From an uncultured Alphaproteobacteria bacterium (GTDB lineage Bacteria > Pseudomonadota > Alphaproteobacteria > Rs-D84): a stretch of 64,000 bases of DNA. Numbering within the stretch: position 1 is the stretch's first letter; each line of letters starts with the position of its first letter. The position numbers and the translations under genes were made by a program. The notes below the pieces were generated by a model, which searched no databases, had not been told where the DNA came from, and worked only from the letters and a program-made list of their open reading frames with translations. Below, piece by piece: positions 8,967 to 17,270 of this stretch. The DNA is taken from NCBI GenBank assembly GCA_905233975.1, contig CAJOGD010000002.1, positions 1,574 to 65,573 on the forward strand, given 5' to 3'.

Positions 8967-8999
8967 AGTGTAAGTGATTAATGTAAGTAGTTAGTGATT
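8967..8999 (+). repeat. GT[AT]AGTG heptad cluster downstream of prfA
   Basis: AGTGTAAGTGATTAATGTAAGTAGTTAGTGATT begins 10 nt after the prfA stop. It is in inverted orientation relative to the cluster at 9779..9808. Confidence 0.7.
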
Positions 9000-9008
9000 T
9001 GAAAAATG

Positions 9009-9033
9009 GCGTACAATTGTGCGCTATTTTTTT
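9009..9033 (+). terminator. putative prfA terminator
   Basis: GCGTAC-aatt-GTGCGC hairpin followed by TATTTTTTT. Confidence 0.45.
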
Positions 9034-9198
9034 GTTTAGGAAATTTATTTGTGTGCGGGTTGTTGTGCGAAAGTTGAATAATTGTGTTTGGGTGTGAAAA
9101 TAATATGCTGTTTATACGGGGATATTTTTGTTTTTATAAAATGCGAAAATATGGTTGGGGCAGTGGTTTTTTTGTGGGCGCACAAAAGGCGCATAATA

Positions 9199-9600
9199 TA
9201 TATTATGTATAGTTTTATATGCTAACGCATGATAAAACTATACATAATATGAGTTCACAATAATGATATGCTGGGCGCATACAAACCTATACATAATATG
9301 GGGTTCACAATAATAAATTGTTTCGCGGTTGTTTTTACATGCTGACGCATACAAACCTATACATAATATGGGTTCACAATAATAAATTGTTTCGCGGTTG
9401 TTTTTATATGCTGACGCATACAAACCTATACATAATATGGTTCCATAATAATGAAATGTTTCTCAATAAGGTTTATATGCTAACGCATGATAAAACTATA
9501 CATAATATGAGTTCACAATAATAAATTGTTTCACAATAGTTTTATATGCCGTCGCATGATAAAACTATAATAATGTGGTTCAGAATAAATAATTCTTTTC
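9199..9600. repeat. tandem array of ~6 copies of a 69-71-bp AT-rich unit (first copy 49 bp)
   Basis: The unit anchor ATGC(T/C)..CGCAT recurs at 9219, 9268, 9339, 9408, 9477 and 9546. The unit is ATGCTGACGCATACAAACCTATACATAATATGGGTTCACAATAATAAATTGTTTCGCGGTTGTTTTTAT. Two sequence variants are arranged A-B-B-B-A-A. A decayed copy lies at 9709..9757. Confidence 0.85.
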
Positions 9601-9778
9601 ATATAATTTTATTTGCTTTAGGCTCGATACAAAAATGATTTTAAATTATTTGTGTTGTGATTTGATGAAACTTGCAAGTGTTAGATAAATGTTGGTGATA
9701 AAAATTTTTATGCTGGTGCATGATAATGAAACTTGTCGTGATGTGGTTCAATGATGTATTGCGCACGTGTATGGTCCG

Positions 9779-9808
9779 CTAACCACTAACACTAGTCACT
9801 TGCACTAA
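9779..9808 (-). repeat. GT[AT]AGTG heptad cluster (minus orientation)
   Basis: CTAACCACTAACACTAGTCACTTGCACTAA. A second cluster lies at 9928..9955 (CACTAACACTAACCGCCAACACTTACGC). Confidence 0.65.
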
Positions 9809-9967
9809 AACCGCCCTATTCTGTGCCAAAAAATGCAAAAGTGGCGGATTTCTGCGCCTTTGTGGCGATTTTTGACGTAAAAATATGTTTTTTATTGATT
9901 CTTTGAAGTCGGGGGAGAATCCCCCCCCACTAACACTAACCGCCAACACTTACGCTTCTTTTTACGC

Positions 9968-9997
9968 TTGCGCATGTGGTGGGTGCGGTGGTATAAT
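9968..9997 (+). promoter_or_regulatory. candidate promoter for the Cys-rich protein gene
   Basis: TTGCGC, 18-nt spacer, TATAAT (9992..9997), 22 nt upstream of GTG 10020. Confidence 0.35.
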
Positions 9998-10019
9998 TTC
10001 GGCGAAAGGATTTGAAAGG

Positions 10020-11012
10020 GTGGGATTTTTAATCAGGTTTTTTGCCATAACTGTTGCGGTTTTGTTTGGGCGTGGTGCATATGCGCAATGTTGTTGGTGC
10101 GATACGGATCCTTGTCCGTTTGGGAAAGAATTTGGTGGCTATAATAACGGGGTGCCAAATTGTGATAACCCTTGTTATGGTTATGATTGCGACTATTGTG
10201 GCGATGAACCGGGGCAATATTGCGATAGTTTTCCGGACCCCTGCCCTGGATTGGCGTCTAATTATAAATGCAAGGTTAAAAGTGGAATGTGTGGTGCGTC
10301 GTCGGGTTGTACGGGGTACCAGTCATGTGATTCCCAGACGGGCATTTTGGGGCCGGACGTGGTTTCCGAAAATTGCCACCTTGAAAACAGTACGTGTTAT
10401 GTGAATACACGAAATTGCAAAGATTTTACAAATCATACGGAAAATAATAGTTTGAGTTGTCCCAAATCTTCTCAACAGGGACAGGCGCAATGGAAATCTG
10501 ATAGGAACGCTTGGGATACCAAGGGATGTTATTGTAATCTTTTGCACCTGGTTCTTGGAAATGAAATGTGGGGTATTCCGGTATGGTGTGATGATTTAAA
10601 TGCGGAATATATTGTGTCGGACGCAAATAGGTATGTGACGACCCGGGTTTCGGCTGATATTGTTTACACCATGGAACGATTGTTTTGTGCAAAATGTCAC
10701 CCAGGTTATTTACCAACAATCAGTCAGTCGCCCGGGACAAATGGAATTTATTCGCGTCCCGATAACAATGGCACCTGGGGTGTTGCCATGTGTTCGGACC
10801 AAGTGACCATGCCCTATTACGCTGATGGGTGTGTCATAGATTTTGGTTTGTCGTCGGGTTCGGCCGCGGTTTCGGCGTGTCAAATGTCTTGTCCGGGCGG
10901 AATGACCATAACCGAAGATGGCGCAACCGGCATATCGCAATGCGTGCCAACGGGCCAAACGTATGAAGACGCCACAGGAACGTTTGTTATCGGGTCGGAT
11001 TTATGCCATTAA
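10020..11012 (+). CDS. secreted cysteine-rich protein, unknown function
   Basis: The track ORF starts at 9885, but that N-terminus covers repeat and promoter sequence. GTG 10020 follows GAAAGG and gives the signal peptide VGFLIRFFAITVAVLFGRGAYA|Q. The mature part has about 35 Cys (QCCWCDTDPCP..). Confidence 0.6.
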   Translation: MGFLIRFFAITVAVLFGRGAYAQCCWCDTDPCPFGKEFGGYNNGVPNCDNPCYGYDCDYCGDEPGQYCDSFPDPCPGLASNYKCKVKSGMCGASSGCTGYQSCDSQTGILGPDVVSENCHLENSTCYVNTRNCKDFTNHTENNSLSCPKSSQQGQAQWKSDRNAWDTKGCYCNLLHLVLGNEMWGIPVWCDDLNAEYIVSDANRYVTTRVSADIVYTMERLFCAKCHPGYLPTISQSPGTNGIYSRPDNNGTWGVAMCSDQVTMPYYADGCVIDFGLSSGSAAVSACQMSCPGGMTITEDGATGISQCVPTGQTYEDATGTFVIGSDLCH

Positions 11013-11607
11013 CTTTGGCGGGATATTCGCGCAGGAATTTAATCGTTTTAATGAGATTCTGGGCGCCTTTTGGTTGGGGGGCGTCCGCCGGCGTCGAGAT
11101 ATTCTTTAGTTCCGATAACGTTTGTTTTATTTCTGGTAAAATTTTATCGCCGCGCCTAAGCAAAGAGAACAAAGCGTGCAGGTATTTTGTTTGCTTTGGG
11201 TCAGAATATTCTTGATAGTATTGCCCGAATGTCGGGTTGTATGTGTTAACGGTTAATGCATATGTATTTGTTGGGTAAAGTTTGAACCAATGGCGGGCAT
11301 ATAGATTATGAATTTCGTATAATATATTATCCCCGTCCGGATAGTACATGCGCACTGTTTCGCCGGGGTTAATTCCGACCCTGACCCCGTCCGGCGCATA
11401 AACCAATGACTTGTCATTGGTTTGTTCGTATACATCGGCCAGTGCCAGAAACAACTGCAAGTGAAACGGTTCCAAGAGTTTTTCTTCCTGTTCTCTTTGT
11501 TTTTCCGCTTCTTTTCTTCTGTCATATATGACCGAGAATGGCCAAAATCCCGCCAAGATTAACTTTGGATTAATCCAATTTATCGGATAAATTGAATAAT
11601 TTTGCAT
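10987..11607 (-). CDS. hypothetical protein
   Basis: I chose ATG 11607 (MQNYSIYPINW..), which is preceded by an AAAGGA RBS. No family recognised. Its 3' end overlaps the convergent gene by 26 nt. Confidence 0.5.
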   Translation of the reverse strand: MQNYSIYPINWINPKLILAGFWPFSVIYDRRKEAEKQREQEEKLLEPFHLQLFLALADVYEQTNDKSLVYAPDGVRVGINPGETVRMYYPDGDNILYEIHNLYARHWFKLYPTNTYALTVNTYNPTFGQYYQEYSDPKQTKYLHALFSLLRRGDKILPEIKQTLSELKNISTPADAPQPKGAQNLIKTIKFLREYPAKVNGINPTR

Positions 11608-11670
11608 AAATTTGTGTCCTTTGTTTATATTAAGCAAAACCCCAGGGCGTACGGACCCTGGGGCGATTTA

Positions 11671-12987
11671 TTATTTTGCGGTTGCCTGTTGAAACAATTC
11701 TTCGGGCTTGACCGTTTTTTCCTTTTGCTTTACGCGGGTCAGCATTTCGTCCAACGCCTTGCGTTCGAACAGCATGCCGCGCAACATGGTAAGCGCATTT
11801 GGATTTTTGTTATAGAATTCAAACACCTGTTTCGGGTCCGGATAGCGTGATGCCTCGGCCCAAATTGCCTGTTGCAAATCGTCGCGCGAAACCTCTACTT
11901 TGTTTTGTGTGCCCCACTCTGCCAGCACCAGGCCCAATTTAACGCGGCGTTCGGCGTCCTTGCGTTCTTTCTTTTCGTCGAATTTGCAATCGCCGTCACA
12001 GTGTCCGTCGCAATCACAGTGTTTGTGATGATGTTCGTGTTCGTTCTTTGCCATTTGCAATTCTTGTTCGACAAGTGTTTCCGGCAATTCAAGTTTCACT
12101 TTGTCCGCCAAAATGTCCAACAATTCATTGCGCATTTCGGATTGTGCGGCCTGAATATATTGATCGTTCAAAATGTCGCGGATATGTTCGCGCAGTTTTT
12201 CAACCGACTCTTGGCCGATTTCACGCGCAAAATCGTCGTTTAATTCCGGCAAGATATGCTTTCTAACCTCATGCAACTTTATCGCGAAACGCGCCGGTTT
12301 TCCGGCCAAATTGTCGGCATGATAATCCCGCGGGAAATTTACATTTACGTCGAATTCGTCGCCGGCCCGATGCCCAATAACCTGATCTTCGAATCCCGGG
12401 ATAAAAGACCCCGAACCCAAGACCAAATGATGTTTCTCGGCTGCGCCGCCTTCGAACGGTTTGTCGTCCATGTATCCGGTAAAGTCAATGACCGCGGTGT
12501 CGCCATTTTCGGCCTTGTAGTTTTCGGGCTGTTTTTCTGCGACGCTGCGCGCACGACGCAGGTTTTCGATTGCTTTTTCAACCTCAGCCTCCGGCAGTGT
12601 TGTCACCTTTTTCGTGACGGTGAATTTTTCCAAATCAATCGCCGGCAGTGTTGGCAAAATATCGAATTCCAATGTGTATTCCGCATCCGACCCAATTTCC
12701 CATTTGGACACGTCCGCACGTGGTGCCCCCGCAAGGCGAATTTGCTTTTCGGCCGCGTATTTTTCCAAATCCGCGTTCATAAGTTTATCTATCGCATCGG
12801 CCATCGCGGTGGCGTTATATTTCTGGCGCAACACTGTTAATGGCACGTGGCCCTTGCGAAAGCCGGGCATTTTTGTGTCCGCACCGTATTTTTGCAATAT
12901 TTCATCGGCCGCGGATTGCAGTTCATCGGCGGTAATAACGCCGGCCACAGAATAATGTAAATCTTTGATTTTATCTTTTTTTATCAT
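11671..12987 (-). CDS. tig: trigger factor (with a His/Cys-rich insertion)
   Basis: N-terminal ribosome-binding GFRKGHVP and an FKBP PPIase core GD.AVIDF.GY.D..PFEGG......LVLGSGSFIPGFEDQ. The insertion NEHEHHHKHCDCDGHCDGDCKFDEKK is encoded at ~11981..12045. Confidence 0.9.
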   Translation of the reverse strand: MIKKDKIKDLHYSVAGVITADELQSAADEILQKYGADTKMPGFRKGHVPLTVLRQKYNATAMADAIDKLMNADLEKYAAEKQIRLAGAPRADVSKWEIGSDAEYTLEFDILPTLPAIDLEKFTVTKKVTTLPEAEVEKAIENLRRARSVAEKQPENYKAENGDTAVIDFTGYMDDKPFEGGAAEKHHLVLGSGSFIPGFEDQVIGHRAGDEFDVNVNFPRDYHADNLAGKPARFAIKLHEVRKHILPELNDDFAREIGQESVEKLREHIRDILNDQYIQAAQSEMRNELLDILADKVKLELPETLVEQELQMAKNEHEHHHKHCDCDGHCDGDCKFDEKKERKDAERRVKLGLVLAEWGTQNKVEVSRDDLQQAIWAEASRYPDPKQVFEFYNKNPNALTMLRGMLFERKALDEMLTRVKQKEKTVKPEELFQQATAK

Positions 12988-13313
12988 TATAATTTCCTTT
13001 GGGTCATATGTTTCGTGCCAGTATAGCGCATTTTTTCACAAATTCAACTTTTTTATGCTCGCGGGGATAAAATCCCAGGGTTGGGTATCGGGTGACGAAA
13101 AAACGCCGTCATACCGCGCTATCGGGCCCCGCAAAAAACGTGCAACATTGGGTGATTTTCCGGAGGGGAACTGTACCGCGACGGTAATAAAGAGATACCG
13201 GTTTCGCTCGGCTTGCAGCCTGCGCGCAAATTTGTAGTTGTTTGAACTTCGCTTACGCTTGTTCTCACATACAAATTTTCGCCGGGGTGACGAGAGCGAA
13301 ATGCGACATGACG

Positions 13314-14486
13314 TTATTGGTTCTGGGGAATATAAATATTGTCCGGAATGATTGGTCCGGCGATAAAGTCTGCGCCATTTCCTGCGTTTTCGAAAAAATT
13401 CCCCGATACTGTATCATACATGCCGATTGTGCCTTGGGCATTTTGGGCCGGTATGAAATTGCGAACAAGTATATCATTGGATTTTATATATGCGCCATAT
13501 ATTTTTGCCTTTGCGTATGTGTTAGGGCCACCGCCAATGCCAATGTTGGATTTGAATAAAGTAATTTGATTGGTTATGCTGGTAAAAACACCGTTAGTAA
13601 CATTCAGGTTGTATTCGACATTATCCATATAACATTTACGCAGGCCCGTATTCCACTTGATTTGGTGCCGGTCAAGGATACTGGCGACGGTTATTTTGGT
13701 TTCTGTAGCGCTAGCGCCGGCCTGTATACCAATCATTGTGGCTGATTTAACATCGGTTTTTAGCCAGAAGTTGGCGGCCTGGGCACCGAAAGCAGATGCG
13801 TAATTATAGTGTGCCGCATTGCCGTCAACGTATTGGACATCTATAAAAAATTCAGAATTTGTATTTAAATCGGCCGGATAGATGCCGGTATTAATATATT
13901 GTGTGCCATCGGATTGAAGATATCCCAACGGGGTATAATCGTCCGGCAAGAGGGTATTATCCGTTATTACATTATGAATCGAATAAACCCAACAAAGGTT
14001 TGTGTTTGGGTCGGATTCTGAACAGATAAATTCGCTATCAAGTCCCTTTTTAAGTGCCGCGTTAAATGTTTTTGCGTCAATCAGGTTATCGGATTGTGCG
14101 GCATACGATTCGGTTGTTTGATAAATTCCCTTTCGTCCGATACCGCCGGGTTGCCCAGTGTATGTGACCGCGGTGTGGTCGTTAACCGGGTCAATGTCAT
14201 CTTGCTTTCGATTTAATTTTGTATTCACACCACCAACCATGGGAAGTGATGTGTCGGACGTGCTGGTGCCCAAATCAGATTTGACCGCGCGTTTTTGCAC
14301 CGTTCCGGCCGCGTTTGTGTATTCCATGGCTTTGTTTTGTTCCGCGGTAAATTTATCCTGACGCGTGTCCAATTCGTGTGTGACGTATTTTAACGACGTT
14401 GCCGTCTTGCGGTCCGCCCCCTCTTCGGCCACCGCCGGCAACACCGCCGCAATTAGTCCGAACAACAAAAACTTTTTTAAAAACAT
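13314..14486 (-). CDS. secreted protein, paralog B (constant N-terminal half, variable C-terminal half)
   Basis: Signal peptide MFLKKFLLFGLIAAVLPAVA and a GGGGAG RBS. The 5' half (about 13960..14486) is about 90% identical by eye at nt level to 5470..5991. The 3' half is divergent except for the terminal LVRNFIPAQ..GMYDTVS motif. Confidence 0.8.
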   Translation of the reverse strand: MFLKKFLLFGLIAAVLPAVAEEGADRKTATSLKYVTHELDTRQDKFTAEQNKAMEYTNAAGTVQKRAVKSDLGTSTSDTSLPMVGGVNTKLNRKQDDIDPVNDHTAVTYTGQPGGIGRKGIYQTTESYAAQSDNLIDAKTFNAALKKGLDSEFICSESDPNTNLCWVYSIHNVITDNTLLPDDYTPLGYLQSDGTQYINTGIYPADLNTNSEFFIDVQYVDGNAAHYNYASAFGAQAANFWLKTDVKSATMIGIQAGASATETKITVASILDRHQIKWNTGLRKCYMDNVEYNLNVTNGVFTSITNQITLFKSNIGIGGGPNTYAKAKIYGAYIKSNDILVRNFIPAQNAQGTIGMYDTVSGNFFENAGNGADFIAGPIIPDNIYIPQNQ

Positions 14487-14506
14487 GTTTCTCCCCTTTT
14501 TCTTTT

Positions 14507-14592
14507 CTCGTCATACCGCCGAAAGGCGGTATCTCCCCGGGCTTTCATGAGAGTCAACTCTCGACGGGATTCCGGCTTTCGCCGGAATGACG
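14507..14592 (-). repeat. two-hairpin REP-like module in the 5' leader of paralog B
   Basis: Same two hairpins as 6016..6112, at the same distance from the RBS. Confidence 0.7.
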
Positions 14593-14876
14593 GCATTAAA
14601 AACTACCGCGGTGGAAATCACGCGGTCGGGGTGTTAGCAAATCAGGTTTTCAATAGATTCCACTGGGTTTTGGGGGTTAACCCTGTTCTATATCCCAATG
14701 GCACCCCGACTTTGTGTCAGGGGTTTGTCCATTCATGACGGTGCGAAACATGGAAACCACAAGAATCGTGAATAACAACACGTTCATAGATTACGATGCA
14801 ACGCACCGGAAAACCTTAGGCCTGCTACAGCCCCGAACCAGATTCCCATCTGATTCAACGCATATGTTATCAGAAA

Positions 14877-15407
14877 TTATAAAAGTCGGTCAAGTGAAAA
14901 AATTGCGCGCAATAAAAGCCGAATCTTTTCTTGGCGTTCTTGTTCAAGTTCGTCAAGGCGTTCAAACGCTTTTCGCCGGGCGTTTAATATTTGTTCTTCC
15001 GCATATTTGCGATTTTGTTCGTCGCCGTTTTCTTCGTAAATATAATATAGTTTTGTCCACCATCGGTCTTCCAGGTCGTATTTGAATATAAGCGTGTCCT
15101 GTTTGGCACCGACCGGCAGCCAAGGGATTTTGTAATACTTTGGATCGAAAACGTATTTGATGTTGTTGTCGCTATGGCAAATAATTCGCATTTGGTGCCG
15201 GTTGTCGTATATTGTGTCTATGCCATAGACCGGAACGGTAAGGTGGTTGTTTATGACAAGTTCTGTTTTGTTGTTTATAAACTTGCAATTTTGTGGGGTT
15301 GCCAAATACGTCGCGCTGTCTGCCTGGGCGGTCGCCCGCGACATTGTGATATACATTGCACAGATTGTTAAAATGGTTTTGGGACGCAGTGTCATGTTGG
15401 ATTTCAT
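14877..15407 (-). CDS. small secreted protein, tandem paralog 1
   Basis: Signal peptide ending ..SRATAQA. It shares CKFI..KT.(L/V)V(I/V)N......VYGIDTIY......(L/I).C.......(Y/L)VFDP.YY with 15473..15955. Confidence 0.65.
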   Translation of the reverse strand: MKSNMTLRPKTILTICAMYITMSRATAQADSATYLATPQNCKFINNKTELVINNHLTVPVYGIDTIYDNRHQMRIICHSDNNIKYVFDPKYYKIPWLPVGAKQDTLIFKYDLEDRWWTKLYYIYEENGDEQNRKYAEEQILNARRKAFERLDELEQERQEKIRLLLRAIFSLDRLL

Positions 15408-15438
15408 TGTGCGCGAAAAACGTATGTTGTCAATAAAA

Positions 15439-15456
15439 AACCGCCGAAAGGCGGTT
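15439..15456. terminator. bidirectional hairpin terminator
   Basis: AACCGCCGAAAGGCGGTT flanked by an A-run and a T-run. Relatives of the same hairpin lie at 16027..16044, 19703..19722 and 20948..20967. Confidence 0.65.
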
Positions 15457-15472
15457 TTTTGAAATCGGATTT

Positions 15473-15955
15473 TTAGTGTTGTCTACAATTATTCGCTGTT
15501 GCGCGTTGCTTCATAGCGGCCAGGTTGGCGATTATAAGTTGTTCTATATAATCGCACAAGTCGTCGTTTAGACCTTGGTTTTGGTATTTTTGATATAATT
15601 CCATTAATTGGGTATGGCGTTGAGCCATGTCATATGCTACTGTGTCGCCCTGGCGAATTGGTGGCAGGCGATACGTATAATAATAGGGATCAAAGACCAA
15701 GTGGTTTTTATTTCCTAAATCGCAAACTAATTTTTTCTTGCCGTCCTCGTATATTGTGTCTATGCCGTACACCTGTAAAGTATCGCGATGATTAACAACG
15801 ACTTGTGTTTTGTGACGGATAAATTTACAGTGTTGTTGTGTTTCGGAATATGTGTCAACTGGTGTTGCGTCTTGAGCCTTTGCGTTACGTGACACAAGAC
15901 CAAGTGCAAGCAATGCGCCAAGTTTAAGAGTGTTTTTTAGATTGTTGTGTTTCAT
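15473..15955 (-). CDS. small secreted protein, tandem paralog 2
   Basis: Start moved to ATG 15955 (MKHNNLKNTLKLGALLALGLVSRNAKA), preceded by an AAAGGAG RBS. Confidence 0.65.
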   Translation of the reverse strand: MKHNNLKNTLKLGALLALGLVSRNAKAQDATPVDTYSETQQHCKFIRHKTQVVVNHRDTLQVYGIDTIYEDGKKKLVCDLGNKNHLVFDPYYYTYRLPPIRQGDTVAYDMAQRHTQLMELYQKYQNQGLNDDLCDYIEQLIIANLAAMKQRATANNCRQH

Positions 15956-16069
15956 ATCTGCTCCTTTTTCTATATACATACAATATAATACTAAATCGCC
16001 AGGTTGTCAAGTTGTGGCGACTAAAAAACCGCCGAATGGCGGTTTTTGTTTGTTTCCAACAATAACGGA

Positions 16070-16603
16070 TTAACGTTTGCTGAACTGGGTCGAACGACGT
16101 GCCTTGCGGAAACCATAGTGTTTACGTTCGACAACGCGGCTATCACGTGTCAGGAAGCCGGCGGCCTTTAATGCCGCACGCAAATCCGGTTCGGATTTTT
16201 CCAATGCCTTGGAAATTCCATGTTTTACGGCGCCCGCCTGGCCCGACAAGCCGCCGCCCATAACCATTGCGAACACGTCATATGCGCCTTCGCGGTTGGA
16301 AACGGCAAACGGTTGATTCAAAATCATTTGCAACACCGGACGACGGAAGTACTCAGCCATCGGACGGTTGTTGATAACGATGTTGCCCTTGCCCGGAACC
16401 ATGTACACACGCGCGACGGAATCTTTGCGCTTTCCCGTTGCATAGATTGCGGTATTCAGTTTCGGGGTTGCCGAGGTTGCGGTTGCTTTTTTGGTCGCCG
16501 CGGCCTTGGTCGTGGTTTTTGCCGCGGTTGTTGTTTTCTTTGCCGGGGCCGCTTTCTTTGCTGTCGTAGCCTTGGCGGTTGTTTTCTTTGTTTCGGTTGC
16601 CAT
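16070..16603 (-). CDS. rpsI: 30S ribosomal protein S9 with an Ala/Thr/Lys-rich N-terminal extension
   Basis: C-terminal core ..[10 protein letters not shown]....G.G.I.IN.......F........GGG..GQAGA..HGISKAL...[16 protein letters not shown]. About 45 low-complexity residues precede it. Confidence 0.95.
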   Translation of the reverse strand: MATETKKTTAKATTAKKAAPAKKTTTAAKTTTKAAATKKATATSATPKLNTAIYATGKRKDSVARVYMVPGKGNIVINNRPMAEYFRRPVLQMILNQPFAVSNREGAYDVFAMVMGGGLSGQAGAVKHGISKALEKSEPDLRAALKAAGFLTRDSRVVERKHYGFRKARRSTQFSKR

Positions 16604-17076
16604 TATTCGCCCCTTTTGTTTTTACGATTTAAACCCGCAAAATCAATCACAATCGGATTTTGCGCGGCATGTTTGTGTTCGGCGCCCGCATACACGTGCA
16701 ATTTCGTCAGGCGTTTGTCCGCCAATGCGACCGCGGTGCGACGTCCCATCATGCGCTTTACGGCATTTTTCACGAGCAAAGTCGGCTTTTCAGTGCGCAT
16801 TTGACCCAATGTGCGTTCTTTGATTCCGCCGGGATACGTTGTGTGCCAATAGAATTTCGTCTTATCCGCCTTGGTCCCCGAAAGCGCCACTTTATCGGCG
16901 TTGATAATGATAACATGATCGCCGCAATCCATGTTCGGTGTCCATGTTGGTTTATTCTTGCCCCGCAGGATGTTTGCAACATACGCCGCCAAACGACCCA
17001 ACGTGCAATCGGTTGCGTCAATCAGATACCATTTGGCATCTAATTCGCACTTTTTTAACGATTTTGTCGCCACCAT
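16603..17076 (-). CDS. rplM: 50S ribosomal protein L13
   Basis: KWYLIDA....LGRLA..VA..LRGK.KP..TP..D.GD.VI.INA.KV..TG.K. Its stop overlaps the rpsI start by 1 nt. Confidence 0.95.
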   Translation of the reverse strand: MVATKSLKKCELDAKWYLIDATDCTLGRLAAYVANILRGKNKPTWTPNMDCGDHVIIINADKVALSGTKADKTKFYWHTTYPGGIKERTLGQMRTEKPTLLVKNAVKRMMGRRTAVALADKRLTKLHVYAGAEHKHAAQNPIVIDFAGLNRKNKRGE

Positions 17077-17270
17077 TTTTGTTTTACCTTTGTTTTGTTA
17101 AAAGTTCGTGGCACATTATGTCGCAAGTGCGCAGAAAAGTCAAGAAAAATCGTTATGGTATTATTATACCGCAAAATATTTCGGCGTGTACAAAAACAGT
17201 TATAAAAAACTTGAAAAATTGGTGTGGTTTTGCTAGCCTTGGCGGGCAGACCCAAACATGGAGTATAAAA

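Noticed and set aside
9199-9600. Possible CRISPR array (regularly spaced repeats in a non-coding gap)
   Set aside because: The whole 69-71-bp unit repeats, including the would-be spacers, so there are no unique spacers. No cas genes are in the window, and the repeats are AT-rich and degenerate. It is a tandem repeat, not a CRISPR.
9885-10019. Track start 9885 for the Cys-rich protein
   Set aside because: The first 45 codons run through a heptad-repeat cluster and a good TTGCGC-18-TATAAT promoter. GTG 10020 gives a proper signal peptide.
14487-14860. Cobalamin or c-di-GMP-I riboswitch in the leader of paralog B (GGGAATCTGGT, GCCATTGGG and GGCCTAAGG resemble fragments of those consensus sequences)
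   Set aside because: Only short fragments match. The B12 box (AGCCAGGAGACCTGCC-like) and the GEMM ACGCAAAGC core are absent. Without a covariance-model search the call cannot be supported.
16938-17270. N-terminal 111-codon extension of leuS given by the track
   Set aside because: It overlaps the rplM coding region on the opposite strand and the intergenic promoter region. ATG 17271 gives the canonical LeuS N-terminus (..EAKWQKRW..).
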